Shown here: piece by piece, positions 41,976 through 55,250 of the stretch
Numbering within the stretch: position 1 is the stretch's first letter
Layout: each line of letters opens with the position of its first letter
NCBI RefSeq assembly: GCF_001194135.2
Contig: NC_069000.1
Span: forward strand, 3,337,159-3,401,158
Origin: Octopus bimaculoides
Lineage: Eukaryota
Length of the DNA: 64,000 bases
Reading direction: 5' to 3'
The notes under the pieces: generated by a model
Seen by the model: only the letters and a program-made list of their open reading frames with translations
The model's database searches: none
Told to the model about the DNA's origin: nothing
Translations under genes and position numbers: made by a program

Positions 41976-42731
41976 CAGCGGGATGAGTAACTAGATATAG
42001 AAATGAAAGATAGGGTAAAAGACAATTTAAAGAGGAGAGTTTAACATTTCACGACAAGCAAAACAAGCAAAACAAAAATTCAATGATGACTTCTATGGTT
42101 TCAATTCCTATGCAAATCCGTGGCAAAGTCTGCAGCTTGATAAGTTTCAGCAAGTGCTAGAACAGATCCTCTGAAATACATACAGACATTCATGATGAAA
42201 AGGAAAAACGGAAGAGAAAAAAGGAAAAAGAAAGGGAAGAAAGAAAGAGAAAGGTAGACACCTAGGCAAGCAGACAGGGTGACCAAAGCGATTCTGCATT
42301 CTGCTTAAAGTACCATCGTCTCCATGTTGTTGTTGTTTTGCTACTGTTGTTGTTGCTGTTGTTGTCATTTTATCGCGCGTCGCCGCACTCGATTACCTGA
42401 AGCTTTAGAAAATGCTAGCAAACAGTTGAGCAACTCTCAGTCTGCTGCCAAACAAGACCAGCTTTTATTATATGTAACAAAGTCTAATCCAGTAACGCAA
42501 TACTGCCAGCAGCCATGTTTCTCTCATATATAAATAAACTTAAGAGTTCGTGTTTCGTAGACTCTCGATCTCAGGGGATTCCAGGAAGCAATGGAATAAA
42601 GGATTACCAAAGTCTAAAGTCATTATTAACGCCATATTTATATCCCTTACTATTCATTCTTTCAAAATTATCTCTTAATTTTCTTTCTGATGGACTTTTT
42701 ATTCTCAATGTGATATCAATTTGTGTGTGTG

Positions 42732-42793
<62 letters not shown>

Positions 42794-44944
42794 TGATATG
42801 CACACGTAAATATACACAAAGTGAGTGAGTGGGTAGATAGGCTGACAGATTATGGACTGCTGTGTACAGAATTAACTGGTTAAGAAAGCAACACATGCTA
42901 GCATACACACATGTACGCGGAAACATGGCACGCAAATTTATATATGCACGTGTGTGAAGAGAGATGGAGAAGTATTTACATACAATGGAGAAATTATGAT
43001 TAACCAGTTTACATCTCAATGTACGTTTTGCTACTGTTATTATTTACAGACTTTTCATTGGATGGTCCAAGTGCTATTCGAGGCTGATACTTTTTACTTT
43101 TTCCATATCTTTAAGCTTCATATTTACTGCAAAAGCTTTGAAGGTGAAAATGAACAATAATTCCCTCAATCTAACGGAGGTGTGATAGCTACAAAGTAGC
43201 AAAGATTTTTATAGTCTTAATCCCGAAGCACTGAGGCAATTACTTTTTATGTAATAATCATCAGTTGAAAACAAAATCATATTTACCGTAAGTAAGTAAG
43301 ACTTAAGGGAATGAACGAAGGGTTATTTAAATAAAGATATCATGTCTTCCTTCGAGAATACAGAAGGATATCAGCAAATTGACCGCCTATATTTGGAATA
43401 TAATGATAGGATAGTTGAAATCTTTATCCACTGGAATATTCTAGAAAGATAAAAAGATATTTCCGGAAGCAGAATTTCGCAGCTTTGGTAATTTGGAAAA
43501 TCTGACCTGAAGCCAAACAGCAATGAAGGATATATCAGATAATGTAACCCAAAATACATTACATATGGTCACGACTGGAACATAGATCGCCCGAGTAAGA
43601 GCTCATTTGTAACTAAATAACAACTAACAACATAAATACATGTATTCGACTAAACAAAGTTATATATACATGGCCGCTTGAGCTGTTCGAAATAGCCATC
43701 TTGTCTAAATCACATCATGCTGTTTAAAGTAGCATAATGGACATCGTAATTTAGCTACACAATGCCAGTAAAAATTGGGATTTAATAGTTAGAAATATCG
43801 TCGATCATAAGTGATGCACACTGTGATCTGAGTTGGTGTTAAACAACATTTAGGATTATTTATATCCTAACACGAATGCACTTAACGGAATGCATGCAAC
43901 AAACGAAAATTCTTAAATAATTTTTAAGAGATACTGCAACAATTCCTATACATAGAACGTAGAAATTCTTAGGATCACGAAATGGTAAAATACGAAAATA
44001 GAAGTAAAAAGAAATAATAATTTCATATTTCGTATTGCAAAATCTGAACATTGAACCAAGAACAAATTAGTCGACAACTCGTATCCCTCTATGTATAATC
44101 TGTGAAATCTGAAACGAAACATTCTCCCCCTCCGACCACCACCACCACCAGGTAAATCAGTAGACTGTCTACGCTGCTCTCGCTCATTCACCACGCTTTC
44201 CTTTTCTTCATCTTAATTTCAATAGTTTTTACCTCAGGTCTCTTCCTCCCTCCTATGCTCATCTCACACAGCAATCTAACCAACTCAGTTATTCTGTGTC
44301 ACTCTTCGCATAATACCAATATCCTTCCTACATTTCACCCAAAATCCGCATTTGTAAACTTCCATCCAAATCCACTACAATATTTTTATCTCTTCTCCTC
44401 ATTCTCAGACAAAGTACGATTGGCCAAAACGTTAGATCCTACACTGAACATTAAATATATACATATATATCAATGGATATCTATACAACCGTTACCAATT
44501 TCTTCGGTTTCTGGAGTTTTCTTGGTGCAAAAAAAGTTTCATGTCAACACAGCCATATATTTCTCTCTGAATTTAAAGCCAACACGTTAAGTCAATAACT
44601 TAAGTTGCCAACTCGGAAGAATATTTTGTTTTTTTAAGTGTAAAAACAAAAACCTTGTTGACGCCACTTGTCAACTCTAGATACGCTTCACTGACAATGC
44701 TATCAACATTTAACTTGGAGCTCGACCACATGTGTTCCACTAAGCAAGCATAGTCTTTGGCATAAGAAAATACAAAGAATGTGACGATATATGCATGTTA
44801 CGTATACACACACTAATGCACAGCTACACACATTCTATATATAGTGTGAATGTGTGTGCATGTATGTATGTATGTATGTATATGCGCGTGCATATACATA
44901 AAGACGCACGCATACCTCACACGTATGAGAGAGAAATTCAGAGA

Positions 44945-44987
<43 letters not shown>

Positions 44988-46149
44988 NNNNNNNNNNNNN
45001 NNNNNNNNNNNNNNNNNNNNNNNNNNNNNNNNNNNNNNNNNNNNNNNNNNNNNNNNNNNNNNNNNNNNNNNNNNNNNNNNNNNNNNNNNNNNNNNNNNNN
45101 NNNNNNNNNNNNNNNNNNNNNNNNNNNNNNNNNNNNNNNNNNNNNNNNNNNNNNNNNNNNNNNNNNNNNNNNNNNNNNNNNNNNNNNNNNNNNNNNNNNN
45201 NNNNNNNNNNNNNNNNNNNNNNNNNNNNNNNNNNNNNNNNNNNNNNNNNNNNNNNNNNNNNNNNNNNNNNNNNNNNNNNNNNNNNNNNNNNNNNNNNNNN
45301 NNNNNNNNNNNNNNNNNNNNNNNNNNNNNNNNNNNNNNNNTATATATACGACGGGCTTCTTTCAGTATCCGTCTACGAAATCCTCTCAAGACTGGTTGGC
45401 TCGACACTATGGAAGACACTTGCCCAAGGTGTCATACACTGGAACTTATCCCGGAACCTTGTGGTTGTGAATCAAGCTTCTTACCACGCATCTACAGACT
45501 GATCCAGGTATTCTTGAATTCGGTTTGAAGTGGAGGAAGATGAAAGCATTCCATTCTATTTTCTTCGTTTTACTAATAAACACAAAAGATTCTAGCATTG
45601 GTATTATCATAAATAATAGTTCTTTTGCACATCGTCAACAACTGCCATTAAATGTTAGCAGCATTAAAGCATCAACATATTAGTAACAACCCACCATTGA
45701 CAACAACTACAATGCGCCATCGACTCCGACAGCTAAAACTACGGAAAGAGCATTGCAAGAAAGTTTAGTCAAGTACAACTGACATTTAATAGACATCCAA
45801 GTTCAACAGTGAGCATTCAATAGAAAATGTTCGCTAATCGATAAACGAAATCCATTCAGCAATATATACAAAGAAGGAGATGCAACATTTTTGCTTGGTT
45901 GAAATGAGTGACGCTATAATACAAAAATCTTTGCAGCATCCGACATAAATGTCAAGAACTAATGTCAATGGGCAGACATTGAAACAAATCCCTCTTGGTA
46001 AATTTTCGGAATTTGACTTTCTGACTCGCAATTCTTTCGGCAAGTCAAATAAAAAAAAAATGAGCCAAATTGGTAAGATGGATGTACACGCTTGCTTGAC
46101 GTGTTAGAAATAGCAGCTAAATGTTCCAACAGAGAATCTTGGTCAACAG

Positions 46150-46315
46150 CGCAAATTTTAGCTATTTCTCCGCAGACTGAAGAAATGATCAACGTTAATC
46201 GATTCACGAACCTTATTGGGTTCTCATCAGAGACGCCCACATCATTCTGACAGTCTCCAGAGAAACTAGCAGTCAAACTGTTTATATACACAAAGAATGC
46301 AGCAGTTACTCTACG
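46150..46315 (+). repeat. Dispersed repeat, with a direct copy at about 55842-56005
   Basis: caaattt(t)agctatttctc(c/a)gcaga(c/t)tgaagaaatg...ccttattggg(t/c)tctcatcagag is shared. Confidence 0.75.
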
Positions 46316-46685
46316 AAGGAGATCTTAATTTGTATACCGAAATTGTTAAGAGGCCTGTTAACTGGGATCTTTGTCCACAAAGAATCAAGGAAGGTAGGTA
46401 GGTTGATGGGTACTCAGACAGGCTAGCAGACGGACAGAATTTTGCAACGTGAGACACAGGTACTAACGCGCACGTGTACTCCCACGAGTGCGAATATAAC
46501 GGTACGAATTCCTGAGCAACGTAGATGTGGTGGAAATTTCCCATGCTCTTTATATTTAATTTCGATGGTTTATTGTTTATATAAACACAGAATTAATTAC
46601 AAATATACCTACGGTAGTTGAAACATTTTTCGGATTGCTACACACACGCTGATAAGCAAAACCAGTTGTTCATTTCAACCTTCAT

Positions 46686-47520
46686 NNNNNNNNNNNNNNN
46701 NNNNNNNNNNNNNNNNNNNNNNNNNNNNNNNNNNNNNNNNNNNNNNNNNNNNNNNNNNNNNNNNNNNNNNNNNNNNNNNNNNNNNNNNNNNNNNNNNNNN
46801 NNNNNNNNNNNNNNNNNNNNNNNNNNNNNNNNNNNNNNNNNNNNNNNNNNNNNNNNNNNNNNNNNNNNNNNNNNNNNNNNNNNNNNNNNNNNNNNNNNNN
46901 NNNNNNNNNNNNNNNNNNNNNNNNNNNNNNNNNNNNNNNNNNNNNNNNNNNNNNNNNNNNNNNNNNNNNNNNNNNNNNNNNNNNNNNNNNNNNNNNNNNN
47001 NNNNNNNNNNNNNNNNNNNNNNNNNNNNNNNNNNNNNNNNNNNNNNNNNNNNNNNNNNNNNNNNNNNNNNNNNNNNNNNNNNNNNNNNNNNNNNNNNNNN
47101 NNNNNNNNNNNNNNNNNNNNNNNNNNNNNNNNNNNNNNNNNNNNNNNNNNNNNNNNNNNNNNNNNNNNNNNNNNNNNNNNNNNNNNNNNNNNNNNNNNNN
47201 NNNNNNNNNNNNNNNNNNNNNNNNNNNNNNNNNNNNNNNNNNNNNNNNNNNNNNNNNNNNNNNNNNNNNNNNNNNNNNNNNNNNNNNNNNNNNNNNNNNN
47301 NNNNNNNNNNNNNNNNNNNNNNNNNNNNNNNNNNNNNNNNNNNNNNNNNNNNNNNNNNNNNNNNNNNNNNNNNNNNNNNNNNNNNNNNNNNNNNNNNNNN
47401 NNNNNNNNNNNNNNNNNNNNNNNNNNNNNNNNNNNNNNNNNNNNNNNNNNNNNNNNNNNNNNNNNNNNNNNNNNNNNNNNNNNNNNNNNNNNNNNNNNNN
47501 NNNNNNNNNNNNNNNNNNNN
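46686..47520. other. Largest assembly gap. Others: 1032-1289, 5502-5597, 6020-6428, 10287-10296, 28830-29450, 44988-45340, 48752-48907, 52786-53200, 63075-63084.
   Basis: N runs, mostly bounded by microsatellites. Confidence 1.
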
Positions 47521-47561
<41 letters not shown>

Positions 47562-48319
47562 ATCCATGTGTGTATATATATATAACGAGGGGTCACCAGC
47601 GGGTTTATATATACAATAACAAATAGCTTAAATATACAGAGATAAAACGCGATTCTCAAGGTAAATAAACCGCAGGATTAGTTCAAGAGTCAGTGTGACT
47701 GTTTTTATTAGGATGGGGTTATCCGACCCCTACAAATTTATATTATTATTACTATCATCATCACTATTACTACTTTCAATACACTTTTAGCCGTTTCTGT
47801 CTCTCCCCATCCCCGTTCCATATATCTACTACAGCATTTTATTTATCTTTTATAATTGTTTTCTCTTCTTTTCTTTTGCCTCTCGACCCTCGCGGGAATT
47901 CTGAGTGGAGAAGGCCGATGAATAGAGCGATGATGGACGGGCAAACGGACCGACTGAGAAGAGTTTTATGGTGTGCTAACATATTCTCGGCACTAATATA
48001 GAGTTAATAGGTTGACTATGGAATGTTCCGATTTGGGTTTCTAATCACATCAAAATCTAACAGAAAACCAAACATTACATTTGTTGTTACATTGCTGCAG
48101 ATTCTCATGGGCCCTGCAATTTTTTCCCCTTGGAACATACTAGGGTCGATCCGAAGTTATGCATATTGTACAAAGTGGGAGCGGAGAGAAAATAAACAAA
48201 TATACAGGGAAACACTACAGAGCAAAATGGAAAAACGACGATGAAGAAGAAAAAGAATCCAACGTTTAGGACAGACACTTGAATAGTTTCGTCGGAGTTT
48301 TGGTATCGTAGACTCTCAC

Positions 48320-48407
48320 CGGGATCGAAACACGTTCAAAAGAGAAGAAGCGAGACGAAGCGAATCGAACTTTTTATCATTCACACGACCACGTTTGCAA
48401 CTCATGG
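48320..48407 (-). CDS. Exon-like segment, phase 1 to 2 (or an ATG-initiated first exon): MSCKRGRVNDKKFDSLRLASSLLNVFRS(R)
   Basis: Acceptor tttctcattcactccag and donor CCG|gtgaga. Only this frame is open; ATG at 48405. Confidence 0.3.
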
Positions 48408-48569
48408 CTGGAGTGAATGAGAAATGAAGATTGAGTGATCGATCAATCGAAGTAACAACACAAGTTTTGCTATATTAGTTATGTTAGATCAGTTCAGTTT
48501 TGAACTAAAGATAAATTCAATCACACATTTTTAAAGATGGAAAGAAAGTAAAAACAAATGACAACAATA

Positions 48570-48608
<39 letters not shown>

Positions 48609-49479
48609 CAAGAGACAAGAATCCAACTCGAATTTCTAATCAACAACTTGAAGCACGAAATTTACTATGTAGCTTAAAATATTCAGTATGGGGAACACTT
48701 TTCTAAGGATAAAAGGATATAAAAAATGATTAAAAAATATATAGAAAAAGCNNNNNNNNNNNNNNNNNNNNNNNNNNNNNNNNNNNNNNNNNNNNNNNNN
48801 NNNNNNNNNNNNNNNNNNNNNNNNNNNNNNNNNNNNNNNNNNNNNNNNNNNNNNNNNNNNNNNNNNNNNNNNNNNNNNNNNNNNNNNNNNNNNNNNNNNN
48901 NNNNNNNTATATATATATATATATATATATATATCTCATACGTAAAACTATGGACAATTGAATCGTTACTAACATGACACTGCTAGTCATTTTATTGAGT
49001 CTAAAAAAATGATAAAAGTACGAAAATAAAACGTATATAAAATATATAAAATAAAACCAGGAAAAGTCTAAAGCAATGCCGCATTAATAAATTGTCATGC
49101 TTCAGGTATTGCCAAAAAATATATAAAATACGTATCTTTTTTTCTTACAGAATCGTTGAATGTGATCATGGTTGTACGGTCTCCATCTCATAATACAGAC
49201 AACTATCACCACCACTATTACTATTACGGCTTTTATATATATATATATATCAGTTATCAAAAGGTGTCACAACGAGGTGTCTTGCCTTGCTAGAAATAGC
49301 AAGCAGTTCTCTTGTGTGTATCATCTTACCGTGTTAAATAAAGGAAAGAAAAAGATATAGATTAAAGATGTGCTGGTCGCGGTTGGATTCCCTGTGACCA
49401 CAGGTAAGATGATCTCAGGTTTGAACTGGGGCTAAGTAAGATTTACGATTGATGCTATCAGCATCCTTAAGGCTCACCA

Positions 49480-49519
49480 TTTCGCCCGGCGTGCTAATGA
49501 TTCTGCTAGCTCGTCGCCT

Positions 49520-49551
<32 letters not shown>

Positions 49552-50400
49552 ATATTACTATGAGCTATCAATTCTGCTTCCGGTTTTCCTAATTTCCACT
49601 AGGACAGCCATTTTGGGGGAGGGTATACGTCTATTAAATTTACCCCAGTGTTTCACTGGTACTTTATCGATCCTGAAAGGATAAAAGGTAAAGTTGACCT
49701 CGGAAGAATTTTAACTCGGGATGTAGCGACATACCAAATACCGCTAAGCACTTTGCCCGTCATGCTAGCGATTCTGCCCGCTCACCGTCTTTGGTTTTCC
49801 AAATAATCATTTCTATTATAGGCACAAGGCCTGACAATTTGTGAGAGGGGACTGGTCGATTATATTGACCCCACTCAACTGGGACTTAATTTATCGACCT
49901 CGAACGATGGGAAGTAAAGTCGATCTCGGTGGAATTTGAACTCAGGGCGTAGCGGCAGACGAAATACCGCTTAGCATTTTGCCCGGCGTTCTAACGATTC
50001 TGCCAGCTCGTCACCTTATTGTGGCTTTCCTAATGACAAACCTATCTAAACGTTTTGGCGCAGGGCCAGTAAATTTGAGGTGAGGGGCAAATCAATTAAA
50101 TCGACACCAGCACTCGTCTGCCATGCTAACGATTCACTTAACTTTACGCTTTAACAGCAACAACCATAATGGTTTCAAATTTTGGCCCAACGCCAGCAAT
50201 TTTAAGGGAAGTGTAGATTGCTGTAATTGACCTCGACTGCTCAAGTGGTATTTATTTTATCGCCCCCACCAAAAAAAAAAAAGATGAAAGGGAAAATCGA
50301 CCGCGGAGAAATACGAATTCAGAATATAAAATGACTGAAAAGATGTCACTAAGCATTTTATTCAGCACTCAAACAATTTTGCCATCTCGCCCATCACCCA
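49480..50400 (-). mobile_element. Tandem array of about 4 SINE family A copies, minus orientation
   Basis: Repeated atcgacc..gaaag..aaagtcgacctcgg..gaatttgaactcag..aacgattctgccagctc units. Confidence 0.8.
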
Positions 50401-50719
50401 CTAAATGAGACAAATATGTCTGTCAAGATTTCTTCTCAGAGCTCAGCAATCGACTACATATCACAAGACATTTTATCCTACTCTGTAAAAGAAGCAGTTA
50501 ATTCGCCGCCATATTCCTTTATAAAGATTAGCAATATTGTAATGATTATTCTTATTGTTTGTAATGATAGCATTAATATTTAATAAATAATTGCATTGTT
50601 ATTCCTTAACGTACGATTACTGTTACCTATTATCTAATATAACTTCATTGTTATAGTGAATATCAACATTTTACTCATAGAAACATCCCCACCGCTGTTT
50701 CTTGTCTGTTGTTTAGCTT

Positions 50720-50774
<55 letters not shown>

Positions 50775-50929
50775 CCCCATCCCACCACCTATGTTTAGGC
50801 CTTTGTAGCCACCGAATGAAATCATCGTTCCTAATTAAACAATCACGTTATAATTATAACGATTTTAATTACTTATTGATACGCAAAGCAGTATGTGTTC
50901 GGTTAACTCAAATTTACTACAGAAGAAAT

Positions 50930-50974
<45 letters not shown>

Positions 50975-51264
50975 ATAGAGCGTGTTTAATTTTCACTACG
51001 ATGTGCGTTTGGATTACATCCCACTCCATCCTTCCCTCGGAAATTGTAACGAAATGGAAATTCCTTTTTACAGACAGAAAAAAAAACATGTTAATGATAA
51101 CAATAATTCTTCTTTTATTGTCCCCAAGGACCGCAAAATCACTTCAGATGCTGCAAAAGCCAGGGAGGATTAACGTAGAAACTTGTAAGCAATAAAATCA
51201 TTTGCAAAAAAAAAAAAAAAGATATTTCAAATTCTCATGGGAGAGGAGGGCGGAATTAACGGTT

Positions 51265-51750
51265 TCAAATCTTCGTATAGGGCCAGCGCTTTTAAGGAAG
51301 CGGGTTAATCGATTACATAGGCGCTAATGTACAAATGGTACTTCAAGTATCGACCTCGAAACGATGAAAGGCAAAATCGACTTGGGTGAAATATGAATTT
51401 AGAACGTAAAGATCCGAAATCATTACCGCAAGGCATTTTTTCCAGCACTTCAACGATTTTGCTAGTCTACCGCCCTAGTAACGATAATAATGCTTTCTGC
51501 TATAGGCACAAGGCCTGAAATCTGGGGGAGGGGGATAGTCTATTACACGACCCAGTACACACCTGGTATTTGATTTATCTTTCCCGAAAGGACGAAAGTC
51601 AACCTCGACGGAATTTGAACTCAGAACGTAAAGATAATAATAATGGTTTCAAATCTTGTCACAAGGGCAGCCATTTAGGGGGACGGGACGAACCGATTAT
51701 AACGTTCCCAGTGTTCAACTGGTACTTATTTTATCGACCTCGAAATGATG
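51265..51750 (-). mobile_element. Two to three tandem SINE family A copies, minus orientation
   Basis: Same motifs as the 49.5-50.4 kb array. Confidence 0.75.
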
Positions 51751-53447
51751 AAAAGCAAAGAAAATAATAATAATGATAAGAAGAAGAAGAAGAGCAGCAA
51801 CCACAATAAAAATAACTGGAACAAGAGTAACGAGCGAACCATGGAAATACAACATGGCTGTTTGTTCTGATAGAAATAAGTTAAATCTAAAAAAAAATCT
51901 TAGATGCCAGGACTTTAAAGAAAGTACACAATGTAGAATGGAGTTCTAGATAGACTACGCCTGAATAAAAGTTCAGCTGTAGACTGGAGTAAATAGATTA
52001 TGTGCTGCCCGTGGTAGCTCGAGTTGTGCAGTAACTCCCCACCTGGGTCCCCAACACATCTAAATTTGCTCCCCAGTAAATGCGTCGCCCAAGGGAGACC
52101 CTCCCTCTCCCTTCCACATAAGTATGCGATTGGTTGCTGAACAGTGGAGCGGTATTTTAAGATAACCGTGCTCGATCAGGCCAACAACAGCAACCTACAC
52201 TTCACGCTCTTGGAAGAATGCTTTCAACAGACTCATCAAAAAAAGCCCCTTAGCGACTTGAAAACTGAGCAAGCTATCAATCACTTTGGCAGCTAAAGCA
52301 GACTTCGTGCCAGAAACTTGTATAAAAAATTACTAAGTTGCAAAATAAGGTGTTTCAAAGTGGTTGCTAGAGCTGTCAGAAAAGATGCCTCGCAGAATTT
52401 AGATATGATTTCGAACAGAAAAGAAAAGAATAAAATGGAAAACTATATTGAGATTAGTAGTCGATACGTTGAAGGAATAAAAACTGGAGGATCACTATTG
52501 GAACGTCTTTGGAGATAAATCTGTGTCATCTAGACTGGATATACTTGAATTTAAATAAGGAATTATTTGATTGATGACAGACAGACAGACAGATATATAG
52601 ATACATACATACATAGACAGATATATAGACAGATTGATATATAGATTGATATACAGATAGGACAGACAGATAGACAGTCACACAGAAAGCTAAACACAGA
52701 AGCAGGCAGTCGCTGGCAGGCAAGTAAGTAGTCACACAGAAGGTTAGATAGACAGTTGCATAGGATTACCAACAGTACAAGTTCCNNNNNNNNNNNNNNN
52801 NNNNNNNNNNNNNNNNNNNNNNNNNNNNNNNNNNNNNNNNNNNNNNNNNNNNNNNNNNNNNNNNNNNNNNNNNNNNNNNNNNNNNNNNNNNNNNNNNNNN
52901 NNNNNNNNNNNNNNNNNNNNNNNNNNNNNNNNNNNNNNNNNNNNNNNNNNNNNNNNNNNNNNNNNNNNNNNNNNNNNNNNNNNNNNNNNNNNNNNNNNNN
53001 NNNNNNNNNNNNNNNNNNNNNNNNNNNNNNNNNNNNNNNNNNNNNNNNNNNNNNNNNNNNNNNNNNNNNNNNNNNNNNNNNNNNNNNNNNNNNNNNNNNN
53101 NNNNNNNNNNNNNNNNNNNNNNNNNNNNNNNNNNNNNNNNNNNNNNNNNNNNNNNNNNNNNNNNNNNNNNNNNNNNNNNNNNNNNNNNNNNNNNNNNNNN
53201 NAAACATACACAGAGGAGGTCAGACGCAATGTCAAAATCTAGAACTGTGTGAAAAACATACTGTACGTCTATATACATACATATGTGTGTGTGTATGTGT
53301 GTGTGTGTGTGTGTGTGTTGATTGACTGATAGAATGGGAGAAATAACTAGATGCAGCGAGCTAGGGACAGAGTGGGAGGTAAGTAGTGACAGAGAGAGAG
53401 AGTTCAGTGTGGGCGGAGGGGTGATGGAATATTCTTTTCTACTCCAG

Positions 53448-53640
53448 GCACAAGGTCCGAAATTTTGGGGGAGGGGGCCAGTCGATTAGATCGACCTCCA
53501 GTACGCAACTGGTACTTAATTTATCAACCACGTAAAGATGAAAGGCAAAGTCGACCTGGGCGGAATTTGACCTCAGAACGTAAAGGCAGGCGAAGTATTT
53601 AGTCCGGCGTGCAAACGACTCTGCCAGCTCGTCACCTTGC
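53448..53640 (-). mobile_element. SINE family A, well-conserved copy
   Basis: ggcacaaggtccgaaattttgggggagggggccagtcgattagatcgac...ctgccagctcgtcacc. Confidence 0.85.
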
Positions 53641-53669
53641 GGTGATGCAGTATTAACAGAATACTTGTT

Positions 53670-54030
53670 ATCTTGTTGTCTTTTGCTTGTTTCAGTCATT
53701 GGACTACGGCCATGCTGGAGCACAGCTTTGAATTCTTTAGTAGAACGAATCGACCGTAGGACTTATTCTCTCAGCGAACTGCTAGCTTCCAGGAACGTAA
53801 ACAAACCAGCGCCGATTGTCAAGCGGGGACAAACACAGACTCACACACACGGAGAGCTTCTTTGAGTTTCCATTTATGCAATCCACTGAAAAGACTGGCT
53901 AGCGTGAGGCTATTGTAAAAGATACTTGCCCAAGGTGTCACGCATGTGGCTGGGAAAGAAACTTTTCACCACACAGTTATAATTTTTTTTCTTTACAGCA
54001 ACGGTGGTGCTCCAGCATGGGCGCAGCTTT
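53670..54030 (-). mobile_element. SINE family B copy
   Basis: cggccatgctggagcacagc...acttgcccaaggtgtcacgc. Confidence 0.8.
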
Positions 54031-54965
54031 AAAGATGACACAATTTAAAGAATTTAAAATTAATTTAATCATGCAACCTGAACTGGGTCGACGAAAGATT
54101 TAATACCGAACATTATATTAACTGTCTCTAAGTAGACGGCGTTGGAGTTTTGGTTGCTATTTCTTGCATATCCAACGGCCACCTAGAGGTATCGTTGTTG
54201 TTGCGATTAGGAGTAAGTCGCTGACTGATGTGTAAAATAAAAAAGAAAGGAGAGGAAAGAGTAAATATGAAAGGCAGTAATTGAACAAAAGAAATATTTG
54301 AAATATATAATGGCTTATGAATGTATGGATGGCGAGAAGAGAAATAAAAGGAGAGTTGATGAAATGATAAAAATGATCAATGGCGCGAAAAGATTGACAG
54401 AGGAATTCACAAAATGATTGAATGAGATTTTTTTTTGAAAATGTATTTCAGGATTTCTGAGTGCTTTTGGGTGGGGAGGATCGGGGATGGGCTGTGCTGC
54501 GGGGTGGCGATTGAGGGTCGGTGGGTAGGAATGCGCGTGCGTGTGTGGTGGTAGGGAAGATTAATGCCTGTACATTTTTATTTATCACTGTGCGTGAATA
54601 TTTTGTGTTTGTGTGCACGATCATGCGTCGCCCTCTACGTTTGTGTGCGTAGGCATGCGAATCTGTGCGTGTCTGAGCTTCTGCGAGAGCGTACGCGTGT
54701 ACGCAGGTAAAGATATAGAACAAATGTGTATGTACTTCATAAGTCTGCTTCTGTGCCAGTGTGTGCGTTTGTGTAGGTATGTAGAGCATCGGACAGAATG
54801 CTTTGTGACATCTCTTTCGCTTCTTTGCGTTTTGAGTTTAAATCAAGTGGAAGTCGCCTTTACTTCATCGACCCCGAACGAGTAAAACACTATAATCGAG
54901 TACCAACTAACCCCCATCATATCCTTAAAAAATATGCTGGCCTTGTGTCAATGTTTCAAACAAAA

Positions 54966-55035
<70 letters not shown>

Positions 55036-55200
55036 CGAATAAATGTCTACATGTCTACACACATATATATATATCTATACTGCGATATATGTACGCATAC
55101 ACACTTGCGCAAACATACATCTACACACATACATCTACACACATACATCTACACACAAACAAGTTTTCATGTGTATATATCGATTTATATATATATCGAT

Positions 55201-55250
<50 letters not shown>

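Noticed and set aside
42101-42170. Good minus-strand acceptor (tgtatgtatttcag) with the frame GSVLALAETYQAADF
   Set aside because: All three frames hit stops before any plausible donor.
52140-52520. Higher-complexity block that might be a decayed transposase or RT
   Set aside because: Stops occur in all frames and I recognise no catalytic motif.
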